A DNA stretch of 62,560 bases, the filler included, from Sphacelaria rigidula (lineage: Eukaryota): assembly GCA_964200075.2 (NCBI GenBank). It is 4 parts of 4 records of this genome, joined end to end, with 100 filler letters (N's around TTAATTAATTAA, not from the genome) between each part and the next. Parts side by side here need not be neighbours in the genome. Positions count along the whole stretch, not along the records: positions 1 to 15,567 come from CAXNAA020001695.1; positions 15,668 to 31,232 come from CAXNAA020001696.1; 2 more parts are not named here. One strand, given 5' to 3'. Positions 13,701 to 27,169 of the stretch are shown piece by piece. A program made the translations under genes and the position numbers. Below the pieces are notes generated by a model, which ran no database searches, was not told the origin of the DNA, and saw only the letters and a list, made by a program, of their open reading frames with translations. Within the stretch, counting starts at the first letter, position 1, and each line of letters starts with the position of its first letter.

Positions 13701-15410
13701 ATCATGAGTACACCCCCCGATAAAGTGCCTGGGTTGGGGAGGCAAAATCTTCGCGTAAATCGAAATTGGAAATACCGAGCACAACGAGCAGCTGGGCATT
13801 CCCGCGCTTGGGTTCATTCTCGCCAATGTCGCCCATTAGAGGCGCTTCATGCAGCCTGCACCAACACATCAGGTTCTGTATGACTCCTTTTTCGTGTCAC
13901 TCTTGGGCTGGTTTTGGGGAGGGTCTATCGTAGAAAGTGTCTCCCCCACGCCGTTTGGACATGGGAACAACGATCAGAACCTGCTTGTCGAAGGGATATT
14001 CACCATCGGTTTAAAGAATGCCCGTACCCATTTTCAGAGACCGAAATTCTCTTGCCCATTGGGAAGCACACGTTCCCCAAACAGGATGACGTTACTGTAC
14101 TATCGCGAGAAGGTATGCTACACACAGGCAATGATGGTGTCGTTTTTCCTGATGGGAAAACCTATAAGTCGACACGGTCGCTTGTTAGGTGATACACCCG
14201 TGTGAATCTATACCCCGATGCTTTCGCGCCCATGGGCTCCCATAAAGGCCACACGCAGGGGCCCACACACCTGGGAGTCTTTAGAACCTCCCAGATGCTT
14301 CAACGCTTTTACTGATGGATTTGTGTGGATCAGTGTGTACGTAAGCAAATGAGCGTTATCTGTTGTGCCAAGCGCGCAGGGCTACACGCCAAACATTTCG
14401 ATGGCCGACAACCTCCATGCCACTTCCTAACGGCCCGGCGAAGTCTTCTCATGGGACTGCTTCGATCCGTTCCCCCTCACTGATAGTGGTAACAAATACT
14501 TTCTGTTGTTAAAGGATCGATGCACGCTGTTTCAGAAGGTGATTATAACGCGGAAGCTACCGCCAAAATCCGTATGTACACCTACATGCCACATTGGATT
14601 GTACTCAAACGATTGTTGTCCGATAAACGCCCGCATTTTCCTGGTAAACGTTTCTGCCCCAGTCAGTGACCTCCTCGGTGTCCGTTACATTTTCACTAGT
14701 TCGCATTATCCATCTAAAAACGGTGAAACGGAACGAGTGAATCATGCATCGGCCCAACATTCTTCAGCTGTGACAAAAGGAAGACAAATGGACCAGAACC
14801 TACGTTTGCCTCTCTCGTCTGAATGAACTGAAACAATTAGGCCAATGTCGCCACGAAATTGGCTCCCAATGAAGCTCATAATTGCCATAGGCCCACGTTT
14901 CCACTGACGTTGTACGATCGGAAAAGTACCGATGGACACCAGAGTTTGGATCGAGATATCTTGGAGTATCATACGTATGTCAGTCATCGTCCTGCGACTT
15001 GCACATGAAGTGGTACTAGAGAAAAACCAAATCAATATGGCAAAGGGGCCCAGGGCGAACGCGGTGTTGGATGATGTCGAGCGAAACCGTCCACTATGGA
15101 AGGTTGGTCAGTGGGCATGGGTGTACAACGGTGCGAAGACCATCAATCAAGGAGCTACTTCAAAAAAAACCTCGTTGGATAACGTGTTGAAATCAAAGCC
15201 CTCTTGGATTGGACTGAACCTTCCAAAATCTTGGCCGTTGGGTCAAGCGCTACCGCACCCGATAAAAGCGCGGCAGGAGCGAAACTTTTGTATTAGATTT
15301 CCCCACGGATAAACCTGGCTCGAAACCGAAACACCGTGTGTCGATACTCCGGTGCAAAGCGTGTCCACCACCACACGACATTATTGGCATGCCCAAACAA
15401 CTGCCAGTGA
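10800..15410 (+). mobile_element. Heavily decayed Ty3/Gypsy pol (RT, RNase H, integrase)
   Basis: ORF 11606-12022 GVIRRSISPWVSPLVLVRK...LPRTDE...GYHQL...TAF; YLDD at 12094-12105; LRSLLGGLGYYR; integrase HYPSKNGETERVN at about 14700; 5' boundary approximate. Confidence 0.88.
13666..13941 (-). mobile_element. MITE, copy 2 of the GACACTTTCTACGAT family
   Basis: Internal sequence is the reverse complement of 5875-6123; ends ATCGTAGAAAGTGTC; TSD TCCC on both sides; left TIR disrupted by extra sequence. Confidence 0.85.
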
Positions 15411-15567
15411 GCGAGTCATCCTACGATAGGGCGGGGGGTATTTGGTTGCACGAAAAATGAGGCTCATAAGTGTGTCAGACATCCTTCAACACTTGCGTTG
15501 CGCTTGTATTTGGTTCCAAACGGTGTTAAGCAGTATGGATGGGCGTTATTGATCCACAACAAACTTG

Positions 15568-15667
15568 NNNNNNNNNNNNNNNNNNNNNNNNNNNNNNNNN
15601 NNNNNNNNNNNTTAATTAATTAANNNNNNNNNNNNNNNNNNNNNNNNNNNNNNNNNNNNNNNNNNNN
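15568..15667. other. Assembly gap with artificial TTAATTAATTAA spacer
   Basis: N44-TTAATTAATTAA-N44, identical at all three gaps. Confidence 0.97.
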
Positions 15668-18600
15668 CTGGTGTACAAAAGCAGACCACATAGTATCAAC
15701 GGAGGCGTAAGGCACCTCGCGATGCGCCAAGACACCCGGAAACAACGACGGCATCAGAGCCGGATACTGTTGAGCAACGCTATTGCGAACGTAAGTCTGA
15801 CACATTGCATCGCTCGGTCCATTCTGGCGTCCGACACCCGTCGTACCCGAAACCAAAAGCTTAAATTCGCGGAGATAATCCGCGAAGGGGACATCAGATG
15901 CGACGACAAAAGAGCTCAGCCTCTGGATGACGCTGGCTTGATCACTTTTATCAAAGTAACCTATGAGACGCCTTTCCAAATCAGAGAGTAATTGCGGGCC
16001 TGTCTTCCCTTGGCAACGATCCGGATCCATCTCTGCGAGGAATCCGTCGAGCACCTGCGTCAAAGAAGCAGCGAGGTCGGGAGAGCGGCGGCTAATCGAT
16101 CGATGCATTGCTTCGTGCAAGGTAGTCTGCTACCCCTCTACCCAGTCTGAGTCTTCGAAACGTTGTGTGCCAGTCACGACCGCCAAGTGAAGGATGTTAC
16201 AAACAGTGCGGCGGGTTGACGTGATGAGGGCAGAGGTAAACTGGCCCGAATCTTCGTTATCCGCGGCAGGCATGGTTTTGATGTGCCATCATTTTTTCAC
16301 ATCAATCTGAATATACTGCCTCTGTATTGAAGCTACTCGGGCAGACTTAGCTCTATCGGAAGCTACGTTTTTGCTAGCTTCGGAACGTTCTTTGTTAGCC
16401 GCAGCCGTTGCCAAGGCGCGGGCTCCAGTAGAAGACAAAGGACGGTCAGGTGTATCCGTATCGGACAAACCTAAAATGCGGGCCGAAACATCAGCCAACT
16501 TAGGAACCACTTGCCTGGGGATCTCCTAGCCCGAGGCGGGAAGAGCTGTACCGGACCGGTTCCAAGCCGATGCGGATGATCCGGAAGACTTTCCTCCGGT
16601 GAGCTTGCCTTTCGGCTTGCGGGGCGGGCGGTTTGATCCGGAGCCGCCCGAAGAGGATCCTCCACCGCCATGGCGGCGGCGTGAATTCCCGCCGTTGTTG
16701 TCATGGTCATCGCGACGGCGATTCTTCTTGTGACCCCGGCAATTGGAGGTCGTGGTCGTCCACTCATCCTCATCTTCGTCATCGTCGGGGAGAGTCATGG
16801 CGGGATCAAAGTTAGAAGCGGCGCGTAGCGCCGCAAAAAGGTTAGTGACAGTGTCGACGCACTGGTGGAGATGCGGACTATCGCCGGTTGTCGCCTGGAG
16901 GACCAGTTGGCCCAAGGTGATCGCCGACACGCCGGCGTCCGGGAAGAAGCCGCCCTGTTCCACGTAGCCACCAATAACGGCTAACATGCGTTGGGATATG
17001 GTGTTCCAAGCGTGGCGGGAACAGTGCAGGTGACTGTTTCGGTGAAAGTGGCCAGTATAATCGGCCGCAGACCGAGAAAGCCACACTCGTTCGTGTGAAG
17101 CAAGTTGCAAGCGTGTGGGGGGGCTGGCAGTGACCGCCGGGCCAGGTGCACGAGGCGGCGTGGGGGCGGCGACGGCCGCGACAGATGACGCCCCGTCGGA
17201 CTTACGTGGAATCACGTAGTCCGACCTGGTTTGCGTGGGCTGTCGAGGAGGTCGAGCTTCATCAAGTGGTCGGCGGAAGGCGGCAGGGAGGCTTGATGCT
17301 GAGTCACCCGTGCCATCGACGAATCTGCTTCTTACGTAGTGCGTCGAACATGATCTTGTAGCTCGCGAAGCCTCCTTTGTGCCGTCAAGGCTGCAGTCTG
17401 CCCTTCTTTCAATGCCCTGTGCGCCGCCATCTTGGTGGCTTGGGCAAGTGAAGCTTGTCGCTGAAAATGCTTCAGCTTTGCAGCATGTTCCTCCAAAAGG
17501 AGGCGGGTGGCAGCCTCGTCAGCATTGCGTTGCTGGTATAGTATGTTGCGAGCTAGCGCCGGGGCTTGGTACGCATAGTCATGAATGAGCTGTTCTTGTT
17601 CCGCGCGAGGGCGGTCCTGGAGTAATCTCAAGATAAGCCCGGTGGGACAATGCTCGTCGCCGAGCGGAGGAAGATCCTCCACCGAAGAAGGCGAGCGCAC
17701 GGAGACATCCCCGACAGGGGCAGTGGTGGGACCACTATCCGCGTCTGTGTCTACTGCAGGCTGGGCGGCAGCAGGAGTTGGGGCCGTGGCTGCAGTGGCT
17801 GCGGCAGAAGGCGCAGTGACGACGGTAGTGGCGGCTGCGGCGGTAGTGGGAGCGGCGTTGGTGGTCTCTCTCGCAGGCTTAGCAGCAGCGGTAGTGCACT
17901 TGGTGTCCATGGTTGCTGTTGCGAGTTGTCGGTCAAGATCTGTCAAACGTTGTTGCAGAGAACGAATAAGCGCGGCGGAACGGGACGGTGGTTCGCGGTC
18001 AGTGCGTTGTCGTCGGTTGTGCGATGAGATGCGGTCGGATCCTGAAATTGAGGATTCCGGAGCCGGTGACATGTCCGAAAATATGTTTTGGATATCGTCA
18101 GCATGTACAGTGTTATCATTGCGTAAATGACGGTTGTGTGACAAAGGCTGAGCACTAGAGATGCGCAAAGGTGCATGATCGGAGTTGTTCGAGCGCGAGT
18201 TAACGCGCGAAGAACTTGATCTGGGCCGCCAGGCATCCTCGTGAGTACAGCCATGGTTAGCATTCACCGGGCGCTTTGGAGCGCGAGATGAATGGGAAGT
18301 ATGGCGTGAACTACCGTCATATTTGTGTCCATGAGCGATGTCCTTCGGGCGTGTGGAAGCGCGCGATGAATTCAAGCTTTGCTGGGAGTGGCCCTTAGAA
18401 CTGCTAGAACGGGAGACTTGGTCATGACGAAGTCTCGGTGTGCGGCGCCGGTCAAAAGCGCGAGTATGGCTCTGCTGCGACGTTGAGGAAGGGCTGGACT
18501 CATCATGTTCGTTGCATTTATCATGAGTGACGAACGGAGGATGCGATGTCGCCGAAAGGGTCGCCAGACGTACGGGTTTGGGCGTGGCAGGTGCAGAATC

Positions 18601-19384
18601 GTCATTGAATTGCACATGAGCAGACGCCGATTGGTCTTGGAGCGTTGCGTGGCAAAGAGCCGTAAATGCCTCGATGAGAGCTGGCGTTGACGATGGCGAC
18701 GGCGCCGAGGAGAGGTTTTGCAGAGATTGCATGCCAGCATGCATGGCCGCAACTGTAGGTCCGACATTGGACTGCGCAGGAGGGACTATCAAGAGTCGTG
18801 CGAAGGGGGTCCGTAACGGAAGCAGCCCGTGTGACAAAGTCTCTTGCTCCGGAAGCGATGCGCTTCGTCGGGGCAGAATCGTCTCGAGAGTTGTCAGCCG
18901 TCAAGCGACGGGATGCCACGGTTGAAGCAACCGTGACAGGGCCGAGCTGAACACGTGTGTCCAGGGGCAACGACTCGACTGAGGGCACAATCCTAACTCC
19001 GGATTCCACATTGGGATTCGGGAGAGCAGGGGCCAGCGAGGGGTGTGCGACGGAATCCACCATTATGGGCTCACTGACATGTGCGTCAGGAACCAATGAC
19101 TCGGCCGGTTGCACTACAATGTTCTCTGAGTCCGGGTCGGAACGTGAGAGAACAGGTCTCGGCGTCAAAGTCTGGTCTTCAAGCCTTGAAGAATGAGCTT
19201 CGCTCGAATGTTGGTCTTCAGATCCCGAAGAACGAACAGCTCTCGCATACGTGCGGCGATGTGTTGAAGGTGGTGTGCCGCTCATCTTGAAAGATTTCGA
19301 ACCGCCAGTAGTTTGACTCCGGGTCCGGCGAAGAGGTTTGTTTCTGAATTGAGGGGAAGAGCCAGCGTTATTTCTGTGCGACAT
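15668..19384 (-). mobile_element. Probable retrotransposon 5' region: very long low-complexity ORF1/gag, fragmented
   Basis: Chain of minus-strand ORFs 19384-18602, 18837-17332, 17215-16526, 16510-16289 and 16120-15668; the last two share a frame. The last is capsid-like (LERRLIGYF...FADYLREFKLL). Truncated by the gap. Confidence 0.6.
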
Positions 19385-19841
19385 GATGATCGTACGCAGC
19401 CTTTGTGCTTAAAAAAGGAAGGTGTAGTATGTCTGATCTACGGGCTCTAATCAAAGGAGCGTGACGCCAAGAGATGCTAAGTGCGAAAGCCGAAGCTTGT
19501 ACCCGGAAATACTGGATAAGGAAGCCTAATAGCGCCGGAGGGGACCGTGGGACCTGATTGACTTGAGTAATTTATCCAAGCAAATTGCGGTTTGTAACAA
19601 CTGTGTCCGGGGTCTGATTAATACAACTTTATTCACGTTGTGGCGGTAATAGCTCGCACGGGGTTGTGTACACAACAGACGTACGTCGTCGAAGACAAGC
19701 GAAGACCCGATTGTCTGTAGTAGCGTTGGTACTTGGGAGAACAACTTACACGTGTTTCGGATGTAGCGTCACGGACAGACTATAACTGTATGATCCCCGC
19801 ACAAGTTGAGGGACGACTGGCTGTGTGCAAATGAAAAGAAT

Positions 19842-19866
19842 TATATATATATATATATATATATAT
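19842..19866. repeat. (TA)n microsatellite
   Basis: About 12 TA units. Confidence 0.95.
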
Positions 19867-21885
19867 TTGTTTTTTCGCAGATGCGCACAAAAACTGTGCA
19901 GCGTAAGGCAGCACAAAAGCTTTTACGAAGCTTGGGTTGTAGACCGCGAACTCGGACTACGTGGGGCAGAGCGAAGGCTTCTTATCCAACGAAGTTGAGA
20001 CAACGTATGTATGCGGAACGAAGGTGATGTGATGCACAACAGGGGCAACGCTGAGAGCGGGTGCCGAAAATATTGTAGTGCACAGGCAAGGGGCACCGAT
20101 TTCGAGTGCTGGCTGTTCAAATGAGCACGTAACGGAGGTTGAAATGTTTCAACTAGTAGTATTTCAACGAAACCGTCTCGGAACAATAAATTTGTTCGTT
20201 CGAGAAGGGGTTAAAGGAGAAAAACTCACAGTACGTTATGCTGTGTATTGTTACTCACCACTGTGATGTACCGCGTTTCCTTACGGTTGTGCGAAGTACA
20301 CAAGAGAACAGCAGGAACAAAGTAGCCACCAGCAACGAAGTAAAGCTACAACAACAACAAGGTAGCTACGAGCAACGAAGGTAAAGAGCCGAAACAATCC
20401 AAAGTTCGTGTATAGATGTCCGTTATCACACTGTGTGAGCACGGTTTGTACTTGTTCAGTAATTTCATGAAGGAAAGATACAACAGTCGCGTACAATCGA
20501 TACGGAAAAATAAGAGCAGCAGCGTGCCGGCTTGGCAGGAGCTCAGGTCAGGAACAGCGGCTGGCGATGAGCAACAGTACGCCTTTGTGCACTGGTGTTC
20601 TGTACAAACCTGTAGTAGAAGACTGATTCTGTAGAAGGAAAGGGGGCCACAAAACCAAATACACGAGCCAACGATGGCTTCGTGCGGTGGTCGTGCCGGG
20701 CTGGTGAATCACGAAAAGATTCACAGCCGTGAAGGCGAAACTGATCCCGTGGGGCCTTGTGCAGGTGATGTCAAATTGACAGCACGGCAAGAATAGCAAG
20801 CAGTGCGCGTTGACCCCACGTCGGCCACACAAGATGTGCCGTCGAGCGCTACAGCAATTGCAAGTAGCAGGGCACGAATACACTTGACCGAGAGACACGC
20901 GGGGCAGAAGCTCGAGAGCTACTGACTACCTGGGCGGTAGATTTGACTAAAACTGTCCTGAAGGGAAAGGGACGAATGATCAAAAAGCTGGAGTACACAG
21001 CTGGCAGCCAGGGATAGAAATCGGTACAAGAAAAGAACGCAATAGCCAAAGAAGAAGCTCCTTAGTCAAACGCCAATGTAATAAAGAGCAAGCGGCAGTA
21101 TGATGCAAGGACACAGCTTGCAACCCAAGGCACAAGCTTGGCAGACAAGTGTACAACCGTCAGGCTGCTACAACTTGTAGATACCGTGTGACCTGCTCAG
21201 GATCCAAATATCAGACGAGGTTGTCACGCAATAGGTTCTTCACTTCTCCTTGGCCATCTCGATTCTAACTCCAGTACCCACTCAATCAATCCAACCCAAA
21301 CCAGCCAATATCTCTCATCGATGGTTAGACTTTCTTCTGCTGGCTAGCAGAGGGGAGCACTTGGATAGTGGTTGATGTGGGGGGGGGGCTTTGATTGTGT
21401 AGCAATATCAAAGACAAAGCCATCCCTGTAATTATACAGGTCCACATTCGTATCTGACCAACTCTGAACAGACCTGTAGTCTTGTCTACCGAAACAAAAG
21501 CAAGCCATAGCCAGAGTCGACAACGGGTCTGAAGCGTCATCAACAGACTAATATGCGTCTTCATGACACGTCCCTTGTGCCACCAGGCAACCCCTCCCAA
21601 TGTCTGTCGTCGGCACTGTGGGTTATTCACTATCATGCGTCATCTATTTATGTATCTAACGTTAGGCGTTCAGCGATTTCTATACCCTCTTGACGGCGAG
21701 GATAGACCATTGAGGATGCATGAACTTTCCAGGTGAAATCGATGCCGACTCAACAGATGACATGTCCTGGCGGATCAAAAGGTTACTGTGATGAAGTCGA
21801 AAAACCTCAAAAACGTAGCCTGGATTACCTCGAATGTACCCCCAGGGTAGTTAGGGTCGTTACTAATCCTTGGAGAGCGAGACTA

Positions 21886-22267
21886 GGTCATATGTTGAGT
21901 TGGCATCAATTTTACTTGGAAAAAGTATGCATGATCCAGATGGACAGCGTCCGCGGTCTGAGGGTTGACGGGAAATTGTCCAGACTTTTGTTTTTCACTT
22001 TCAGGAGAGTTTCAGACGTTCCCAGAGAACAGATCCTGAGGAAAAAATCATTGCTCAATTTTCCGAGTAATTCACAACCAGCCTTCCACCGTTCTATTCC
22101 TTGACCTGTTTGAGAAAGCTGCGATCACATTCTTTCAAGATTGTTTCTTCTGAAAAGTCAAAACAATCTGAGAAAAGCAGCGCCTTGAACCCTCAGACCC
22201 CGAGGGTAGTATATCTGAATCGTGCATACTGTTTGAAGCAAAAATGATGCCGACTCAACAGATGACC
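21886..22267. mobile_element. MITE with imperfect TIRs of about 55 bp and TA flanks (Tc1/mariner-like)
   Basis: TA-GGTCATATGTTGAGTTGGCATC... / ...GATGCCGACTCAACAGATGACC-TA; a further end-copy at about 21730-21761. Confidence 0.75.
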
Positions 22268-22636
22268 TAATTTCGCCCAACACCAGTCAACCCCCAAGAT
22301 GGGAGGGCTGTTGTTGTCTTCCTAGAAACACCATTGCGATCTCTGCGCAGTACTTTGTACCGAGCATCTAATGGGGAAATCTTCCATATTTACAGGCCGA
22401 CTACCAAAAATATTATAAAAGGAAATACAAGATGTAAAATCTGACCCGGAAAAAATCACAGAGACGCGATACGAGTATGAAAAATATAAAAATCAAATGA
22501 AAAGCAGAAACAACACCACTAACCTCATCGATTCCTGTGCCATAGGCGACCATTCGGGCTACTGGAGGCAGGTTCCAATGGTGCACTTAACATGCGAGGC
22601 CAAACAAAGGTAGAGCAAAATTCAGGAACCAACACA

Positions 22637-23533
22637 GATGCCATGTGTGGAAGGGGGAGTCAGCGGGTGTTTGTCGATCGTCTGCTTCGGGTTAATGGTA
22701 AATGCACCATAGTGAGAACACTGTACTACAGACGTACGAAGACATTGTGGCATGCAGGTAGGACTGAGAAAACGTTCTAGAGTGCTGGGAAGTGGTAGAA
22801 AGTACCCCAGCGCGTCGAATTTCCCTGCAGGCAAATAGGACGTTCCCCACCTGTGGTGGGCTCCCAACGACTCTCCTCGTGACACAGCCGCGAGCGCACG
22901 TTTGATAATGTGTCCAAGTCGGCTCCACGTGTTTCTGCGCTGAGGTCACGGAATACCAACCCACCCGGTATCGTGTCGTTCGGGGTGACGCCTTTCGGAC
23001 TGCCGTTCGAAAACAGGGATCGCTGCTCGGTCAGGTCAGGTCCTCCGCAGAGTGCCCAATCAAGGTCGCCGTGGGATGCGGATCTCCACGCGTGCCGTCC
23101 ATGAACAGAGTGTTTCCACTACTCGTGTTCGGCCCCGCGACGAGGTCCAACACCGTCACACCTCTAGTTTCGTCAACCCTGACCTCGTTAATCCAAACCT
23201 AGTCCAGCCAAGCCTAAGCTTGTGACGACCATTGACTCTGCCTTCGACCCAAGGCGTCTTGACTGCGCGGAAACGCTTCATCTTCAGTGGTCTTGATACA
23301 TTAATACACGGCTAGCCCATAGCTCAGAAGCCATGCGTGTAAAAGAGAGCCTGCGGGTTTTTGTCGATCGTCTGCTTCGGGTTAGTGATAAATGCACCAT
23401 GGTGAGAACACTGTAATACAGACGTACGAAGACATTGTGGCATGCAGGTGGGACGGAGAAAACGTTCTGGAGTGTTGTGAAGTGGTAGAAAGTACCCCAG
23501 CGCGTTGATGTTCCCTGCTGGCAGATAGGACGT
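22637..23533 (+). repeat. Direct repeat pair of about 207 bp (22637-22843 and 23327-23533)
   Basis: Shared TTTGTCGATCGTCTGCTTCGGGTT...AGTACCCCAGCGCGT...AGGACGTT with scattered substitutions. Confidence 0.9.
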
Positions 23534-23534
23534 T

Positions 23535-24853
23535 TATACACCCGGGACAATATAATGTGTAATACATATTGCCCGCTCAAGATATGGACGCGTCGGGTGG
23601 TCAATATGTATTGGGCGAGCAATATGATGGCACGAGAGGGTCAACATGTATTGTGCCATCAATATGTCAGGACTCGCGACAACCAATATGTATCGATCGA
23701 ACAATACAATCCGACACGCGCCACCTCAATATATACTAGCCGAGTAATATGTTGGTGCGAGAAGGCACCAATATATACATTTGTCGAGTAGTATATTGGC
23801 TGTCACCCGAGGTCAATATATATTTACGATTCCATATACTCGACACCCGAAGCGCCAATATATATTGCCGCCCCAATATGTCGTGCGTCAATGCGTCCGA
23901 TATATATTGGGCGGACAATACACGAGGGAACCGACGGTCAAAATACATGTCGGTGTAGCAATATAGGTTGAGTTTCAACATGTAGATTAGAAGTTGTTCT
24001 GGAACTAGTATGGTGGGCAGTTCTTTGTTCGCGGGCGCCATTGAAATATGTATCACCACATGCCGAAAATGCTCAATACATTCCCCCGCAAGCGTGTTCA
24101 ATATATATTGGCTGCTGAATAGCTATCCGATGAGCGTGCGCAATATATATTGGAAAAAAAAAACTTCTGCATGGTTTGCGTTCAATATATATTATGGTAT
24201 CAACAAGCCGTACGGAACCCGGGGCTGCGTCCCGATCCCGTCCGTCTTTTTCGAGAGTCTTGGTATTTTTGCCTTGCCAAGCCCTCGTGAGAATAGACCC
24301 TCCCTCGAAATGCTCATGCCCGCCGGAAACATTGCAGGACCACCCCGATCGCGCGTCCGTTCGAACGGTCGCGAACGCATGTGTACCCCCCCACAAAGTA
24401 GAGTACGAATCTGCTAACCGGACCCCCAGCATTGGTATCGGCCTGAACAGTCATCTCCCGGGGTGGGGGTGGAGGAACTTGGACACTAAAATCGGCATTG
24501 AATCTCGTGGGCGCCTCGTTACAAAGTATGCTTGACGCTCGCGAGTTCGAAATATTATATATATATATACTATATGCTACGCATCGCTCCGACCCAATGT
24601 ATATTGACACTTCAATATAGGCAGGGCCGGCATGCACAAAATATATATTGAGTGTTTTTTTCCCGGAGCAAACGCATGTCCACTATATGTTGTCATACAT
24701 TACTTCATGATCGTGACACGAGCAATATATGTTGTTGCTTCAATGTCTCCGAGGACATCTCAACACAAAATATTTTGAAGGGACAATATTTGAGCTGGCT
24801 CCAATACAAGGTAATAGTATCATATTGGAACATTGTGTGTTGTCCAGGGTATA
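23535..24853. mobile_element. Non-autonomous DNA element with TIRs and many subterminal CAATATATATTG-like palindromes
   Basis: Ends TATACACCCGGGACAATATAATGT and ACATTGTGTGTTGTCCAGGGTATA are imperfect inverted repeats; motif clusters lie near both ends. Confidence 0.7.
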
Positions 24854-27169
24854 AGCAACACAGCCCCGGTGACCGCAGGGTTACCAAAAGGCGCATGTCG
24901 ACCCGTGGTTTCTGTCATCGTGATGTTTAGCCAAGACATATTAGTTAAATGCTGGGAAGGGGATGGGCGACCCCGCACCGGCGGCCGGACAGGTATCAGG
25001 AGGCATATATACCGGGTCGCCTCTCCTGTCACCGTATTTTCTGACCAGTATATATACGTACATGTATCATTTCACAATTTTCACCACTTTTGCCGAGTTT
25101 TCTCTGGCGACAAGGCATTGTATCCCGCGCTGTTTTCTGCAATGCACGAAGAAGGCGCAGCGGTACATTGCTGTTCTGGTTTGGGTGTCATCTAATACCT
25201 GTGACGCGTGTTCTAACCATTGAAAGTCGCCCACACGGGTTCCTTTTCTCGGGGTGTCGATCCCAAACCACAAAAGCCTTACCAAGATCGTGGAAAACTT
25301 CAAACAAGAACTACAAAAGCCCGCTCATGGTGGGGTATTTTTTCACTGTGATTTTCTTTGCGTTCTCGATGATTTGGGAACACGAAGACAGTGGTCATGC
25401 AGCGAATGTCACGAGAACATTAGAGCAAAGCAATCAAAAACAGCTTGACATCGCCTTGACTTAGTCACTAGCAAACACAAGTCGAATGATCTGAGATCCT
25501 ACATCATTCAGTTTTGACGTGTGAGGCCTCTAACACGGTCATATCTGCCAAATGTATGCCCCAATTATGCAAACATAACGCTCCACCAAAGCATAGCGAA
25601 GAACACTGAAGGATGTGTAGATTGGTACTAGAGGAAGGGGTCACAGGCACAGCTGCAGCAGGGGAAGTCGCTGATGGCCCGGTCTGCATGCATACGGTGG
25701 ATACCCACGGTGCGTGGTATTTAAAATTTTTAACACCCTGCTGTTCGATGACGGCTAGATAGAGTGGGTACAGTGACAGTTGAGTACCCAGGCTGCGACA
25801 GATCCTGCCGGCCTCATCATCAATCTTCGCCCAGTTGTGGACGAATGCTCGAAGAAACTCAGCAAACGAGCATCGTTTGTGGTCCGCTATATATGTGAGG
25901 GTTGGGAGCTGAACATTTCCGCTTAAAAGATCTCGACACAGTCGAAGATTAAGCTCCTGTCGCGCGACCAGTGGGTAGTGCCACGAACCCTTGCCGGCGT
26001 ACCTGGCACTGGGGGCGACATCGCGGTACAGATAATCCCCATCACTACCGGGACGGCCGTGCAAACAGGCCGGCAGCCGGAATGGCCGTTACACTGGTGT
26101 TCTTCTAGCGTTATCAACTTGGAGTACGGCCGCACAGGCTTTGCACGCGAACATTTCGGTGATTGCCTCACTTCCACTTCGGCCATGTGCTGTGGATTAT
26201 TTCACGACCTCAACGCCTGATATGTATGGGAATTCATTACACCCTAGACAAAAGCTTTCTACAGTCGGTATACAAATTTGAAAGCATGTACTGTGCACAG
26301 TACAGTGTGAAAGCTACTGCCTTCAGCGACGTGCACAAGACTCGTAAAAAAGAGGGAACTGCGCGCAGAATGACTTCAAGACGGTGCAAGAATCTTCACG
26401 CGGCATGAAATGTTACAGCCGGCTTGCGCGCCATAGCAGCTGCGTTACCATCCGCTCAAGATACAGGCAGGGCTTATAGCGGCAGAGGCGACCTATTACT
26501 CTTGCGTGCGCCACCTAGGGTAAATGAACACGCAGCTGCAACGTCGAGCGTTACACTAGATGTAGCAGAGCGAGCGGTGGTACCCTACGTAAACTCAGAC
26601 AGCAAGCAGTATCATATATATACTGTGTACAAGTGTGATTTGAAATCCGTGCGCGCGGGATCGGGTCGGTATTTAGAGAACCCTGCATAGGTTCGCCGTG
26701 TACTACCGGTACGCGACCTTATTTCAGTAGCAATCACTTGCGATGTGTGCTGTGACGGGTCTTGTGCGTGATGGTGTTTTTCCACCTCCACACACCGTCC
26801 GTGGAGCTAGCTCTTTATGCTGGAAGTGTCCACCGCTCTTCCCGTCACTCTTGGTCTGAGACTAATGAAACTGCGGAATGTGGCAGTAACTACTGGAGGG
26901 TACATATTCTCCCACACGACTGCCTCCATAATATGAAAAAGGAATAACACTGGTGCAGTTTTGACTTGCGTCACCCCCGGGAGGCCAGTACCAACCTCCC
27001 GAAGGGGAATCTCGTATATACATGTGTGTGTGTCCTACGCATTCGACAACTCCCCGTAGTAATTCACGCGAACTTCTGCGACGCCATTTGAAACTTTTCC
27101 CAATCTGCACGGGCTCCGGCATCCATCGCGTCTGGATCTTTCTCAAAGCGTACACCATAATCATATCAT

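Noticed and set aside
15419..15440. CTACGATAG resembling the 4-bp-TSD MITE terminus
   Set aside because: Only about 9 bp match, with no internal similarity to the family
15568..15667. TTAATTAATTAA palindrome recurring three times
   Set aside because: Always centred in exactly 100-bp N blocks; a six-frame stop linker added during scaffolding
19762..21230. Possible LTR for the minus-strand gag-like element
   Set aside because: TG and CA ends can be chosen, but there is no second copy, convincing inverted termini or PBS in the window
23535..24853. Repeat-spacer-like CAATATATATTG array as CRISPR
   Set aside because: The repeat is only about 12 bp, degenerate, irregularly spaced and bounded by TIRs
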